The translations under genes and the position numbers were made by a program. A stretch of DNA of 64,000 nt from Deltaproteobacteria bacterium (GTDB lineage: Bacteria > Desulfobacterota > Deferrisomatia > Deferrisomatales > BM512), in NCBI GenBank assembly GCA_030591565.1, contig JAUVAU010000001.1, positions 104,577 through 168,576 of the forward strand, written 5' to 3'. This document shows positions 10,569 to 21,275 of this stretch, piece by piece (position 1 is the stretch's first letter; the number at the start of each line of letters is the position of its first letter). The notes under the pieces were generated by a model that had not been told where the DNA came from, did no database searches, and saw nothing but the letters and a program-made list of their open reading frames with translations.

Positions 10569-10868
10569 TCAGCCGCTCTTTTTTAGCGACGCCACCTCAG
10601 CTTCGAGTGCTTTAATCCGCTCTTCCAGCCTGTTGAGGTAGGAGGGGGTGGGGATTTTAAGCTCCTTCAGCTTCAAGGTGACAAGCTCCTCCCACTCCTT
10701 GCGTGACGATTTCGCCTTTTCAGCCAGTTCGGCTGCCAGCTTTTCGCCCTCTTCCTGGCTCACCTTGCCTTCGGCGATAAGCTCCTCGACCATCGTGCGC
10801 GCCTTTTGTTCCGAGAGGGAAAAGGCTCCAATACCCGCCAGTAAGGCGTTTCTCACCAGATCAATCAT
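10569..10868 (-). CDS. Phasin-family protein
   Basis: LLAGIGAFSLS...VEELIAEGKVSQEEG pattern, C-terminal coiled coil, GGAGGT RBS. Confidence 0.75.
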   Translation of the reverse strand: MIDLVRNALLAGIGAFSLSEQKARTMVEELIAEGKVSQEEGEKLAAELAEKAKSSRKEWEELVTLKLKELKIPTPSYLNRLEERIKALEAEVASLKKSG

Positions 10869-10895
10869 TTGACACCTCCCAACCGCTTTGGGTCG

Positions 10896-13547
10896 TTAGC
10901 TGAGCAGCTTTTCAGCTTCTTCGTAGAATTTGGCAAGGGCCTCGTCGAGTTTGGCCGGGTTGTTGCCACCCGCCTGGGCCAACTCGGGCCGCCCGCCCCC
11001 ACGTCCGCCGACCAACTCGGCCACGGGTTTTATCAACTCTCCGGCGTTAAGCCTGTCGGTGAGGTCGGGGGTGACCGCCACCAACAGCATCACCTTGCCC
11101 TCGCCATCTTCCACGCCAAGGGCGAATGCGCCTGAGCGCAGCCTGTCGCGCACGGTGTCGGCGAACTCTCTCAGTCCCTTGGGGTCATCCACGGGGGCCC
11201 TCGCCGCCAGCACCTTCACGCCAGCTATCTCGCGTACATCCGAAAGGATATCGCTTGATGCGCCGCCCGCAAGTTTTGCCCTGAGAGAAGTGATCTCTTT
11301 TTCAGCATCTTTCAAGGTGGACTGCAACTTTTTGACCCTCGCCACCGCTTCGTCGGCAGAAGATTTGGTCAGGTTGCCGATCTCGGCGAGCATATCTTCC
11401 AGCTCCCACACGCGGGTGAGCGCGCGGCGCGCGGTGGAGGCCTCGATACGCCTCACACCAGCCGCTATGCCCGCTTCGGAGAGTATCTTGAAAAAGCCGA
11501 TCTCGCCGGTTGTCCGGGCATGGGTGCCGCCGCATAGCTCTGCCGAGACTTCGCCCATGCGCACGACCCTGACGGTGTCGTCGTATTTTTCGCCGAAAAG
11601 CGCCATGACGCCCGACGAGACGGCCTCGTCATATTTTTCCTCTGAGACACCAACCCGGTGGTTCTCCGCGATCCATATGTTCACCAGCTTCTCCACGTTT
11701 CGCAGCTCTTCGTTGGTCAGCGCGGCGAAGTGGGAAAAGTCGAAGCGAAGCCGGTCGGGACCGACCAGTGAGCCAGCCTGTTTGACATGGTCGCCCAGCG
11801 TTGCCTGTAGCGCGGCTTGCATCAAGTGGGTGGCAGAATGGTTCTGCATCGTGGCGAAGCGGTCGCCCGACTCCACCCGCGCCTCAACCTCGTCGCCCAC
11901 TTTGATCACTCCGCGCGACACATGGCCGGTGAGCACCGTGAGGTCCCCCAGGGGTTTGGTCGCCTTCTCGACGATGATCGCTCCATCGTCACCGAGAAGG
12001 CTGCCCGCATCGCCCATCTGTCCGCCGCTCTCGCCGTAGAAGGGGCTGGAAGCGATGGTGATTTCAACCTTGTCCCCCTCCTTCGCCGAGTCGGCCAACT
12101 CTCCGCCCGTCGCGATTGCTGTGACGGTTGTGCGGGTCTGAAGGGTTTCGTAGCCGACGAATTCACCCGCTCCGGCTTTGTCGCGCATGAGCCGGTAGAT
12201 TCCCTCCACCGCGTCCTCGCCCGAACCCTTCCAGGCGCTGCGCGCCATGTCGCGCTGGGCCTCCATCTGCGCCTTGAAGCCCTCTTCGTCCAGGGTGATC
12301 CCCCGGTCGCAGACGATGTCGGCCGTTAAATCCACCGGGAAGCCGAAGGTGTCGTAGAGGCGGAAGACCACCTCGCCGGAAAGCTCGCTGCCGCCCGCCT
12401 TTTGCATCTTTTCAACTTCGTTTTCCAGCAGTAGCAACCCCCGGTCCAGCGTACGGATGAACCGCTCTTCCTCGTGGAGGATAACCTTGGCGACATATTC
12501 GCTCTTGTCTCCAAGGTCGGGGTATACGGCTTTCATCATCTCGACCACGGTGGCGGCGATCTTGTAGAAGAAAGGATCGGTGAGGCCCAGCAGTCTGCCG
12601 TGGCGCATCGCTCTTCGCATGACGCGGCGCAGTACATAGCCGCGCCCCTCGTTGGACGGCATGACGCCGTCGCTGATGAGAAAGACGGCTGAGCGGATAT
12701 GGTCGGCGATGACGCGTAGGCTCACGTCGCTCTCGTCGCTGCCGCCATATTTTACCCCGGCAAGCTCGGCGGTGCGGTGGATGAGCGGCAAAAACAGATC
12801 GGTGTCGTAGTTGGTCTTGACCCCCTGGACCACGGCGGTTATGCGTTCAAGACCCATGCCGGTGTCGATGGAGGGCTTGGGCAGCGGCTCCACCTTGCCG
12901 TCGGCAGAGCGCTCGAACTGCATGAACACCAGATTCCACAACTCAAGGTAGCGGTCGCAGTCGCACTCGGGGCCGCAGTTGTCGGGGTCGGGGCAGGGAT
13001 AGATGCCGGGGCCCTGGTCAAAATGTATTTCGCTGCAAGGGCCGCAGGGGCCGGTGTCGCCCATCGCCCAGAAGTTGTCTTTTGCGCCGCATTTGATGAT
13101 GCGTTCGGGTGGCACGGGGGTCAGCTCTCTCCACAGCTCGCCCGCTTCGTCGTCTTCCTCAAAGATCGAAATCCAGAGCTTGGATTGATCCAACTCCAGG
13201 ACCTCGGTGAGAAATTCCCAGCCGAAGGTGATGGCGTCGCGTTTGAAGTAGTCGCCGAAGCTGAAATTGCCCAGCATCTCGAAAAAGGTGTGATGGCGCG
13301 CCGTGCGTCCCACGTTCTCCAGATCGTTGTGCTTGCCCGACACCCTCAAACATTTTTGAGAGGAGGTGGCGCGGTTGTACTCACGCGTCTCCTGGCCGGT
13401 GAAGACATCTTTGAACTGGTTCATCCCCGCGTTGGTGAAGAGCAGCGTCGGGTCGTTGGCGGGCAGCAGCGAAGCGCTGGCGACAATTGTGTGTCCGTTC
13501 TTGGCAAAATACTCAAGAAACAAGTTCCGGACTTGTGCTCCGGTCAT
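10896..13547 (-). CDS. alaS: Alanine--tRNA ligase
   Basis: DPTLLFTNAGM, HHTFFEMLGNFSFGDYFK, HSATH, ELCGGTH, GGRGGG. Confidence 0.99.
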   Translation of the reverse strand: MTGAQVRNLFLEYFAKNGHTIVASASLLPANDPTLLFTNAGMNQFKDVFTGQETREYNRATSSQKCLRVSGKHNDLENVGRTARHHTFFEMLGNFSFGDYFKRDAITFGWEFLTEVLELDQSKLWISIFEEDDEAGELWRELTPVPPERIIKCGAKDNFWAMGDTGPCGPCSEIHFDQGPGIYPCPDPDNCGPECDCDRYLELWNLVFMQFERSADGKVEPLPKPSIDTGMGLERITAVVQGVKTNYDTDLFLPLIHRTAELAGVKYGGSDESDVSLRVIADHIRSAVFLISDGVMPSNEGRGYVLRRVMRRAMRHGRLLGLTDPFFYKIAATVVEMMKAVYPDLGDKSEYVAKVILHEEERFIRTLDRGLLLLENEVEKMQKAGGSELSGEVVFRLYDTFGFPVDLTADIVCDRGITLDEEGFKAQMEAQRDMARSAWKGSGEDAVEGIYRLMRDKAGAGEFVGYETLQTRTTVTAIATGGELADSAKEGDKVEITIASSPFYGESGGQMGDAGSLLGDDGAIIVEKATKPLGDLTVLTGHVSRGVIKVGDEVEARVESGDRFATMQNHSATHLMQAALQATLGDHVKQAGSLVGPDRLRFDFSHFAALTNEELRNVEKLVNIWIAENHRVGVSEEKYDEAVSSGVMALFGEKYDDTVRVVRMGEVSAELCGGTHARTTGEIGFFKILSEAGIAAGVRRIEASTARRALTRVWELEDMLAEIGNLTKSSADEAVARVKKLQSTLKDAEKEITSLRAKLAGGASSDILSDVREIAGVKVLAARAPVDDPKGLREFADTVRDRLRSGAFALGVEDGEGKVMLLVAVTPDLTDRLNAGELIKPVAELVGGRGGGRPELAQAGGNNPAKLDEALAKFYEEAEKLLS

Positions 13548-13567
13548 CTGGCATTCCCCTTTTTTCT

Positions 13568-13743
13568 CAGATCGCTGACAAACCCTGCCTTTTCTCCGAT
13601 TTACTTCGTCAGGCTAAAAAATGATCCTCGAAATACGCTGAGTATTTCTCCGGTCATTTTTTATATCCTTCTTCGTTCTCGAATAAAATTCAGTGCTTGT
13701 CAACGATCAGTCAGGCTATTGACAAAGGTGGACAATAGCCTGA
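13568..13743. mobile_element. MITE-like repeat, copy B (subfamily 1) plus collapsed second module
   Basis: CAGATCGCTGACAAA...CTTGTCAACGATCAG core similar to 4886-5028, followed by hairpin TCAGGCTATTG...CAATAGCCTGA. Confidence 0.75.
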
Positions 13744-13756
13744 CTGGTAATTGGCG

Positions 13757-14872
13757 TTATTCCGCAGTTCCCTCGAAGTGCTCCCATTTGCCGTCATCCG
13801 AGGTGCTGATGCCGGAAACCTTGAGGGCAAAATCGTCGGGGTTGGTGGATTGGCGAAGGGCTTCTTTGTAGTCCACGAGCTTTTGGTTGAGCAGCCCCAG
13901 AAGCGACTGGTCGAAGGTCTGCATGCCGTAGGTGGTAAAACCATCGGCGATTGCGCCCCGTATCTCCTTGGTCTTGTCCGGGTTCTCTATGCATTCGCGT
14001 ATGCGAGAAGTAGCCACAAGGACCTCCACCGCCGGCACGCGCCCCTTGCCGTCAGCTTTGGGCACCAGCCGCATGGAGACGATCCCCTTCAGGATCGAGG
14101 CGAGCTGCAAGCGCACCTGTTTTTGCTGGTAGGGAGGAAAGACCGAGATGATGCGGTTGATCGTCTCCGCCGCGTCAACGGTGTGTAGCGTCGAGAGCAC
14201 CAGATGGCCGGTTTCCGCCGCCACCAGTGCGGTCTCGATAGTTTCAAAGTCGCGCATCTCACCCACCAGTATGATGTCGGGATCCTGGCGGAGCGCGCTT
14301 TTCAAGGCTCCTGAGAAGCTGAGCGTGTCAAAGCCGACTTCGCGCTGGTTGACGATCGACTTTTTGTCGCGGTGCAAAAACTCTATGGGGTCTTCAATGG
14401 TGATTATGTGGCAGGTGCGGGTCAGGTTTATATGGTCGATCATCGCCGCCAGCGAGGTGGACTTGCCCGAACCGGTCGTGCCGGTGACGAGAATCAGCCC
14501 GCGGTTCTCGTTGGCCAGTTTTTCGATGACTTTTGGGAGAAAGAGCTCCTTGATGGATTTCACTTCGGTGGGGATTACGCGAAAGACCATCCCTACCGAC
14601 CCGCGCTGCTGGAAGATGTTGAGCCTGAAACGGCCCAGCCCCTTGACGCCGTAGCCCATGTCGATCTCGCGGTTTCGCTCGAAGACATCGCGCTGCTGGG
14701 GCGTCATTATGTCAGTCGCCAATTTGTTCATCGACTCAGGCGTCATCCTGCCCGCCTCTTTGAAGGGCACCAGTTGGCTGTCGCGCCTGAAAATTGGCGG
14801 TACGCCGACCTTGATATGGATGTCAGAGGCGTTCGCCTTAACGGCAGTGTGCAGGATATCGTTGAGTTCCAT
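13757..14872 (-). CDS. pilT: PilT/PilU-family type IV pilus retraction ATPase
   Basis: GTTGSGKST, TIEDPIE, LRQDPD..LVGEMRD, AETGHLV, GMQTFDQ. Confidence 0.92.
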   Translation of the reverse strand: MELNDILHTAVKANASDIHIKVGVPPIFRRDSQLVPFKEAGRMTPESMNKLATDIMTPQQRDVFERNREIDMGYGVKGLGRFRLNIFQQRGSVGMVFRVIPTEVKSIKELFLPKVIEKLANENRGLILVTGTTGSGKSTSLAAMIDHINLTRTCHIITIEDPIEFLHRDKKSIVNQREVGFDTLSFSGALKSALRQDPDIILVGEMRDFETIETALVAAETGHLVLSTLHTVDAAETINRIISVFPPYQQKQVRLQLASILKGIVSMRLVPKADGKGRVPAVEVLVATSRIRECIENPDKTKEIRGAIADGFTTYGMQTFDQSLLGLLNQKLVDYKEALRQSTNPDDFALKVSGISTSDDGKWEHFEGTAE

Positions 14873-14877
14873 TGTTT

Positions 14878-15903
14878 TTATTCCCCGTCTTTGGCGACCT
14901 GTTCGTCTTCGACGATCAAGCCGTACTCTTTTTTGACCTTCTCTTCTATTTCCAGCCGCACTTCATCGTTTTCTATCAGGAAGCGGCGAACATTCTCGCG
15001 CCCCTGTCCGATTCGAGTGTCGCCATAAAGATACCAAGAGCCACGTTTATCAATTATATCCTTATCTACGGCAAGGTCTATCAAATCTCCTTCGCGGCTG
15101 ATTCCGTGGCCGTAGAGGATGTCGAACTCGATCTTGCGAAATGGCGGCGCGACCTTGTTTTTGACGACGGTGACGCGGGTGCGGTTGCCTACCGATTGGT
15201 CCCCGTCTTTCAGCGCGCCGATGCGGCGGATGTCCAGACGCATCGAGGAGTAGAACTTTAGCGCGTTGCCGCCGGTGGTGGTTTCGGGGTTGCCGAACAT
15301 CACCCCGATCTTTATGCGAATCTGGTTAATGAAGATCAGCAAACAGTTGGAGCGGGCTACGGTGCCGGCGAGTTTTCTGAGCGCCTGGCTCATAAGCCGC
15401 GCCTGGAGGCCCACATGACTGTCGCCCATCTCGCCTTCTATCTCGGCGCGTGGTACGAGCGCGGCCACCGAGTCGACTACGATGATGTCCACTGCGCTGC
15501 TTCTCACCAGTAACTCGGTGATCTCCAGCGCCTGTTCGCCAAAGTCGGGCTGGCTGACGAGCAGCTCTTCTATGTCCACGCCCAGTTTCTTGGCGTAGCC
15601 CACGTCCAGCGCGTGTTCGGCATCGACGAAGGCGGCTATGCCGCCGGCCTTCTGGGCCTCGGCTATGGCGTGCAACGCCAGGGTGGTCTTGCCCGATGAT
15701 TCGGGGCCGAAGATCTCGACCACGCGCCCCTTCGGGTAGCCGCCGACTCCCAGGGCCAAGTCCAGCGAGAGGGCTCCGCTGCCTATGGTGTCGAACCCCT
15801 TGGGCGTGCCCCCTTCTCCCAACCGCATTATCGAGCCCTTGCCAAACTGTTTTTCGATCTGGTTTATAGCGAGATCAACCGCGTCGTTGCGTTCCTTGGA
15901 CAT
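14878..15903 (-). CDS. recA: Recombinase RecA
   Basis: [27 protein letters not shown]. Confidence 0.99.
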   Translation of the reverse strand: MSKERNDAVDLAINQIEKQFGKGSIMRLGEGGTPKGFDTIGSGALSLDLALGVGGYPKGRVVEIFGPESSGKTTLALHAIAEAQKAGGIAAFVDAEHALDVGYAKKLGVDIEELLVSQPDFGEQALEITELLVRSSAVDIIVVDSVAALVPRAEIEGEMGDSHVGLQARLMSQALRKLAGTVARSNCLLIFINQIRIKIGVMFGNPETTTGGNALKFYSSMRLDIRRIGALKDGDQSVGNRTRVTVVKNKVAPPFRKIEFDILYGHGISREGDLIDLAVDKDIIDKRGSWYLYGDTRIGQGRENVRRFLIENDEVRLEIEEKVKKEYGLIVEDEQVAKDGE

Positions 15904-15918
15904 AAACCTTCTCCCGTA

Positions 15919-16476
15919 TCATAAATGAGCGCGCCCCCTCTGGTGATGCTCAGCGCCCTCGGGTTTCAAAAGACTCTCGTATAGTATCACTTCGGCCACC
16001 GTCCAGCTTGGCCCGGTGAGTTTTTTATATTTTTCCACTGTGTTTCCCACGTTCTGGGGTCGCCCGCCGCGAATGAGCCTGCCCAGTGTGAGGTGGGGCC
16101 TGAAGGGCCGATTGTCGCGCCCGATGCCCAATGGCTCCAGTGCGGCTTCAATCTCGAGCGCCAGGCTGACAAGCTGGTCGGTCTCGCCGCCAATCCCCGC
16201 CCATATCACTCGCGCCCGCGCTGGCGTTGGGAAGGCTCCGACCCCCATTGGTTTTAACGTGATCGCCCCACCGTATTCAAAACCGCACGCGAGCCGCTGT
16301 CCGACCTCGTCGAAGAGCTCATGGGATATTTCGCCGATGAACTTGAGCGTCAGGTGGCGCGGTGCGCTGCGCGCAAAGCGGTAATGTTTGAGCGTTGGCC
16401 TGAGCTGCCCGGCCACCTCTTCCAGCCACAGGCTCACCGGCCAGGGTAGCGCTATCGCTATGAAGGCGCGGACCAT
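15919..16476 (-). CDS. thpR: RNA 2',3'-cyclic phosphodiesterase (2H family)
   Basis: RAFIAI start, two HLTL motifs, RARVIWAG; usual position upstream of recA. Confidence 0.9.
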   Translation of the reverse strand: MVRAFIAIALPWPVSLWLEEVAGQLRPTLKHYRFARSAPRHLTLKFIGEISHELFDEVGQRLACGFEYGGAITLKPMGVGAFPTPARARVIWAGIGGETDQLVSLALEIEAALEPLGIGRDNRPFRPHLTLGRLIRGGRPQNVGNTVEKYKKLTGPSWTVAEVILYESLLKPEGAEHHQRGRAHL

Positions 16477-16488
16477 ATCCAACCCGGG

Positions 16489-16998
16489 CTACCTTGCCGC
16501 CGCTTCACAGAGTCTGTCAAGCACGCGAAGCGCCGCTTGCTCTCTTATTTCGCCCCGGTCCCCGGAAAGTTGCAAAAGCTCGGCGTTGCGCGCACGAAAT
16601 GTGCCCCAGGCCACCCATACCGTGCCCACCGGTTTGTCGGGGGTGCCGCCGTCGGGTCCGGCTATCCCGGTAACGGCTGCGCCTACGGTGGCGGAGGTGC
16701 GGGAGAAGAGTCCATCGAGCATCGCCAACGCTATTTCCCGACTCACCGCGCCGTGTTTTTCAAGCAGGTGGGGCTCGACGCCGAGAAGATCGGATTTGGC
16801 GGCGTTGGAGTACGTGACCAAACCGCACTCGAAGTAGGCGGAGCTTCCCGAAACCGAGGTTATCAGCTGGGATATCAGCCCGCCCGTGCACGATTCGGCG
16901 ACGGCCAGCGGTCCCGAACCCCGCTCGGTCATTATGCGTGCGAGCCTGTGTTGCGCCTTGTCGGTCAAGTCCGCGTACCCCGCTTCCGCTTGAATCAA
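16489..16998 (-). CDS. cinA: CinA C-terminal domain protein (PncC-like NMN deamidase)
   Basis: AESCTGG, GSSAYF, TGIAGPDGGTPDKPVG; no N-terminal MocF domain. Confidence 0.9.
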   Translation of the reverse strand: MIQAEAGYADLTDKAQHRLARIMTERGSGPLAVAESCTGGLISQLITSVSGSSAYFECGLVTYSNAAKSDLLGVEPHLLEKHGAVSREIALAMLDGLFSRTSATVGAAVTGIAGPDGGTPDKPVGTVWVAWGTFRARNAELLQLSGDRGEIREQAALRVLDRLCEAAAR

Positions 16999-17447
16999 AG
17001 TGGAATGGCGATAACCAGTAGGGCCAGTCTGGTAAAGATCCCCGCAGCCACGTCGTCGAGGACTATTCCCCAGCCGCCGGATACGTTGCGGTCCAGCCAG
17101 CCCACCGCCCAGGGCTTCAGTATATCAAAGAGGCGGAACAAACAAAATGCGGCGATGTACCAAAGTAGAGATCTCGGTAGCCACAAAACGGCAAAGAGGA
17201 AGCCTATAATTTCATCCAGGACTATCCAGCCGGGGTCTTTTCCCCCATCGATGCGTGCGGCTTGATCGCAGATGAGGGCTGCGGGAACGGTCATTCCGAG
17301 TATGAGCAGGAGGTACAAAGGTGGAGGAAGGTAGCTCAGAAGGAGGGCTATGGGTATGGCGACAAGGGTCCCGGCGGTGCCTGGAGCTACCCGGACGAAG
17401 CCGGAACCAAAACCGCCTGCCACTAGGACGAGGAGTTTGCCGGTCAC
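16995..17447 (-). CDS. pgpA: Phosphatidylglycerophosphatase A
   Basis: APGTAGT, DPGWIVLDE, FRLFDILKP, DDVAAG; start GTG 17447 overlapping upstream stop. Confidence 0.93.
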   Translation of the reverse strand: MTGKLLVLVAGGFGSGFVRVAPGTAGTLVAIPIALLLSYLPPPLYLLLILGMTVPAALICDQAARIDGGKDPGWIVLDEIIGFLFAVLWLPRSLLWYIAAFCLFRLFDILKPWAVGWLDRNVSGGWGIVLDDVAAGIFTRLALLVIAIPL

Positions 17448-18901
17448 GGCATTCCGTTTCGCTCGACCATGCGCAGGAAGGCGTCGACGCATTGGGGATC
17501 AAATTGCGTGCCCGAGCAGCGCTTTAGCTCCATAACTGCCATTTCATGACCCAGCCCCTTGCGGTAGGGGCGGTCCGAGTTCATTGCGTCGTAGGTGTCG
17601 GCGACCTGTATCACCCTGGCGCCCAGGGGAATATCTTCACCCGACAGCCCGTCGGGGTAGCCCTTGCCATCGTAGCGCTCGTGATGGTGGTAGACGATCG
17701 GCACCACGTCTTTCAGGAATGATATCTTCTCCAGAATGCGCCTGCCCATCTGGGAGTGGTTCTTGATTATTTCGTACTCTTCGGGCGAGAGCTTTCCAGC
17801 CTTGTTGAGTATGTTCGACGAGATTCCGATTTTACCGATGTCGTGCAAAAGCCCCGCTTGGCGCAGCGTGTCGATAAAGACACTGGAACAATTCATCTCG
17901 GTGGCGACCGCGACGCACAGGTTGGTCACAGCCTCCGAGTGTCCGTGGGTGTAGACATCCTTGGCCTCGACAGCCATCGCCAGTCCCTGGATCGTTTCCC
18001 TGAACGAGCTCTCCAGGTCAGCGTAGAGCAGCGCGTTCTCCACACTGGAGGCGGCGCGGTCGCCAAGCACTATGAGCGCTTTCTCTTCACGGGGGAGAAA
18101 CTCCCTGTGCTTGGAGCTTGAGTAGGCGTTTAGGACTCCCAATATTTCGCCGCCGCGTTTGAAGGGAACGCTCATCGCCGAGCGCACCACCGGCTTGGCG
18201 GCCTCGTCTATCAGGGAGTCCAGTGCTTTTCCCCGCCATTGTGTAGAGCCGCCGCCAAGTTCGCGTTCAAGGGTGGAGAGGTCGGCAAAGACTTTATCAA
18301 TTTCCGATATGTTGCCCGTGGCGAGCCTTCGGGAGAACTCTTTGGTCCCTGGCGGGCGAAAGAGTATCTCAAGGCCGTCGGCGTCCACTTCTTTTTGGGC
18401 AGCATCGACGAGGATCGAGAGCACTTCATCCAGCGACAGACTCGAAGAGACCGATTCGCTGAGTTTGAGCAGGGTGATCTGCTCGCGAAGTTGGAGGTTT
18501 TCCGAGGAGAGCCGGATTTTTTCGAAAGCGCGTTCGACGACTGTGAGCAGCTCGCCGACCTTGAAGGGCTTCAGGATGTAATCGTAGGCGCCTGACTTGA
18601 GGGCGTTGATCGCCGTCTCCACCGTGGCGTAGCCGGTCATGATGATTATGATCGAGTTCTTGTCAATTTTGCGCAGGGCGCTGAGCATATCCAGCCCGCC
18701 CATTACAGGCATCTTCAAGTCGGTTATCACCACATCGTAGGGGTGCTCTTTGTAGAGCTTCACCCCCTCGCTGCCGTTGGGAGCCGTCTGGGTGGCATAG
18801 CCTTTGCCGCGCAGCACGTCGCTCAAGACGTTGGTGATGTCCTTCTCATCGTCTACGATGAGTATGCGACCGGCTTTTTTTTCTTCGGTGTTCTCTTGCA
18901 T
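17444..18901 (-). CDS. Response regulator with GAF and HD-GYP (c-di-GMP phosphodiesterase) domains
   Basis: ILIVDDE..TDLKMP..KPF receiver; HDIGK and HHERYDGKGYP. Confidence 0.92.
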   Translation of the reverse strand: MQENTEEKKAGRILIVDDEKDITNVLSDVLRGKGYATQTAPNGSEGVKLYKEHPYDVVITDLKMPVMGGLDMLSALRKIDKNSIIIIMTGYATVETAINALKSGAYDYILKPFKVGELLTVVERAFEKIRLSSENLQLREQITLLKLSESVSSSLSLDEVLSILVDAAQKEVDADGLEILFRPPGTKEFSRRLATGNISEIDKVFADLSTLERELGGGSTQWRGKALDSLIDEAAKPVVRSAMSVPFKRGGEILGVLNAYSSSKHREFLPREEKALIVLGDRAASSVENALLYADLESSFRETIQGLAMAVEAKDVYTHGHSEAVTNLCVAVATEMNCSSVFIDTLRQAGLLHDIGKIGISSNILNKAGKLSPEEYEIIKNHSQMGRRILEKISFLKDVVPIVYHHHERYDGKGYPDGLSGEDIPLGARVIQVADTYDAMNSDRPYRKGLGHEMAVMELKRCSGTQFDPQCVDAFLRMVERNGMP

Positions 18902-19198
18902 TTCAAATGGCCTTGAAAAAAGCAAATAGAAAAATAGAATATAAATACAACTCTTCAGAACTTCCCGGAGTATATCACCATATATATTTAATGATCCACA
19001 ATTTGGGCAAAGGATAGGTGAGACTGCAAGATTTTAGGCAACTTTTTGTGGAAGGCCTAATTCACTGCAATGTAGCCAATGTCCGGTGGTGTGAAAAAAG
19101 TATGATCTACTTGTGCACGGTTCAATTTTTTTAGTGCATTTAAGTGGTTATGCGCGCCTTGGATGGCCGACGCAATCGTAATTGTTGGCATGATTGCG

Positions 19199-19227
19199 TT
19201 GAAGGCTACGCCGGGGTCGGGTATGAT
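19199..19227 (+). promoter_or_regulatory. Possible sigma70 promoter for the 19364/21276 operon
   Basis: TTGAAG-17 nt-TATGAT. Confidence 0.4.
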
Positions 19228-19363
19228 TACGGTCTGGGGCAGTTAATCGGTTTTGGTTGACTATGTTGTCATTACACGACCTGGATATTCCCAGCCGTAT
19301 ATCGTTTGAGCACAATCATCAATAATATGATGGAGAGTTGGAATATGTTTTGGAGGCAGCCAG

Positions 19364-21271
19364 TTGCGCCGTAACGTATTGATTGCAGACACCGATCCGG
19401 TTTTGCGCAACGCCGTGACTGTGGGCCTTGAACCCTACGGTGTGGATATTTTTACCGCTGACAGGGATGGGCAGGCCTACAAATTATTTCTGGAAAAAGG
19501 CCCCTCGCTCGTTATCCTTGACGTGTTGCTGCCAAGGCGTGGCGGCCTGGATTTGCTCAGAAAGATCAAGGCTACCGAGGAGGGCAAGGATCTGCCGGTC
19601 ATCGTGACCTGCCCCATGACCAACTGTTCGGACCTGCGGCGCGAAGCCATGGAAGAGCTGGGTGCGAGCGCTTTTTTTGAAAAGCCGTTGGATTTTGACT
19701 CCATTCGCTCCAGGGTTGAGAAGCTTTTCACCATAAGCGTCCCCTGCGAGACCACTTTTGAAATCGCTTTCATGCCTTACGAGGTACCCGAGAGGGGCGA
19801 GCTGTCGGCCAACCCTTTTCCTGCGCTGCTCCACCATCTTTTGCATCAGGAGTTCACCGGAAGGCTCAACCTCGTCCGGGAACGGGTCAAGAAGATTCTC
19901 TTTCTGGAAAGGGGCAAGGTCGTCTTTGCAACTTCCAACCGGGTGTCGGAAACCCTTGGACGCTCAATGATGGCCGCCGGGGTGATAACCGAGGAGGTGT
20001 ACGGCGAGGCGCTTGAGAAGCTGGGTGAGGGCTCCAAGCGGTTTGGCGAAATTCTCGTTGATATGGGGGTCGCCGACGAGGAGCTGATAAACAAATCGAT
20101 CCGGAACAATATATGCCAAAAGGTTTCCGAGGTCTTCTCCTGGAGCAGCGGGCGCTACGCGATTACGAGAGATGGGGGCCATGAGATGAACGTCATCGAC
20201 CGCTCACTCGAAGGCAGAGAGATCTTTTGGAATGGCGTCATGAAGCACATGTCCATTGGCGAGATACTTGCCGCCATGCGCCCCAAGATGGACTCCTATA
20301 TAGCGGTGAAGCGCAACCCTGAAAAGCTCTGCGAAGACATGGAGCTTAACGGCGGGACATTCCCCTTCCTGCGCCGCGCCCAGGAATTTCCCGGTAATAA
20401 GCTTGAAGACGCGCTTGTGCTGGCAAAGGGCGAGCGCGAGGTGCGCACCCTGTTTGCGCTATTGATAATGGAGTACTTCGCGTTTAGCTCCAACCAAGAG
20501 TGCCGCGTGTTGGGTGATGGCGAGGATGTGGAGTTGCTCCAGCGTTTCTATGCGCACGCGGAGTACCTGCGGGAGCTCAAGGGGAGAAACCTTTTCAGGG
20601 TGCTTGGCGTGCCGCTGGACGCCAGCGATGAGGTAGTTCACACCGCCTATCTGGAAAGGGCGAGGGAGTACCATCCCGATACCGCCGTCGCCGAGGATAG
20701 CGACCAGATAAAGCAGGTGCTGAGCGAAATATTCGTCATCATCAAAAAGGCCTATGACTCCATCAAGGACTGTGACGATCGAAAGAAGTATCTGAAGAGA
20801 CTCCAGGAGCCGTTGGAAAACGAGCGGATGGAGGGTGCGATAATCATTGAGGCTGAGACCAAATTCCAGCAGGGCATGGTAGCCATGAAAAGGCGCAACT
20901 TGGCCGAAGCGCTGCCGCTCTTTCAGGCTGCATATGGTCTCCATTCCGATGAGAGCGACTATGCGCTGTATTGCGGTATAGCGATGATGTACCTGAATGA
21001 AGGCGACCCTGTGCAGATCTTCGAGGAAGCCAGGAAGATGTTTATGATCGCCGCTGATCTGGACCGCGCGGCCCCCGAGCCCTACTACCGGCTGGGGTTG
21101 CTTTACAAGCGTGAGCGGAAGATGGACAAGGCCAAGGCATACTTCCAGCGGGCCATGGTGCGAGACCCCGGCCACATAGAGTCCAAGCGTGAGGTGAGGC
21201 TCATGAATGTGCGTCAGCAGGGTTTGCCGAGAAAATCGATGTTTGGTTCCCTGATGGGAAAGAAAAGGTGA
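19364..21271 (+). CDS. Receiver + DUF4388-like + DnaJ (J) + TPR multidomain protein
   Basis: Receiver ILDVLLP/FEKP; FPALLHHL..FTGRL..LG..L DUF4388/GspE-N-like region; J domain VLGV...YHPD; C-terminal TPR helices; GGAGG RBS before TTG. Confidence 0.8.
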   Translation: MRRNVLIADTDPVLRNAVTVGLEPYGVDIFTADRDGQAYKLFLEKGPSLVILDVLLPRRGGLDLLRKIKATEEGKDLPVIVTCPMTNCSDLRREAMEELGASAFFEKPLDFDSIRSRVEKLFTISVPCETTFEIAFMPYEVPERGELSANPFPALLHHLLHQEFTGRLNLVRERVKKILFLERGKVVFATSNRVSETLGRSMMAAGVITEEVYGEALEKLGEGSKRFGEILVDMGVADEELINKSIRNNICQKVSEVFSWSSGRYAITRDGGHEMNVIDRSLEGREIFWNGVMKHMSIGEILAAMRPKMDSYIAVKRNPEKLCEDMELNGGTFPFLRRAQEFPGNKLEDALVLAKGEREVRTLFALLIMEYFAFSSNQECRVLGDGEDVELLQRFYAHAEYLRELKGRNLFRVLGVPLDASDEVVHTAYLERAREYHPDTAVAEDSDQIKQVLSEIFVIIKKAYDSIKDCDDRKKYLKRLQEPLENERMEGAIIIEAETKFQQGMVAMKRRNLAEALPLFQAAYGLHSDESDYALYCGIAMMYLNEGDPVQIFEEARKMFMIAADLDRAAPEPYYRLGLLYKRERKMDKAKAYFQRAMVRDPGHIESKREVRLMNVRQQGLPRKSMFGSLMGKKR

Positions 21272-21275
21272 GCGA

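Noticed and set aside
18930-19360. sigma54 promoter (TTGGCATG..) or c-di-GMP riboswitch in the divergent intergenic region
   Set aside because: GG/GC spacing does not fit -24/-12 and the c-di-GMP-I stems cannot be formed.
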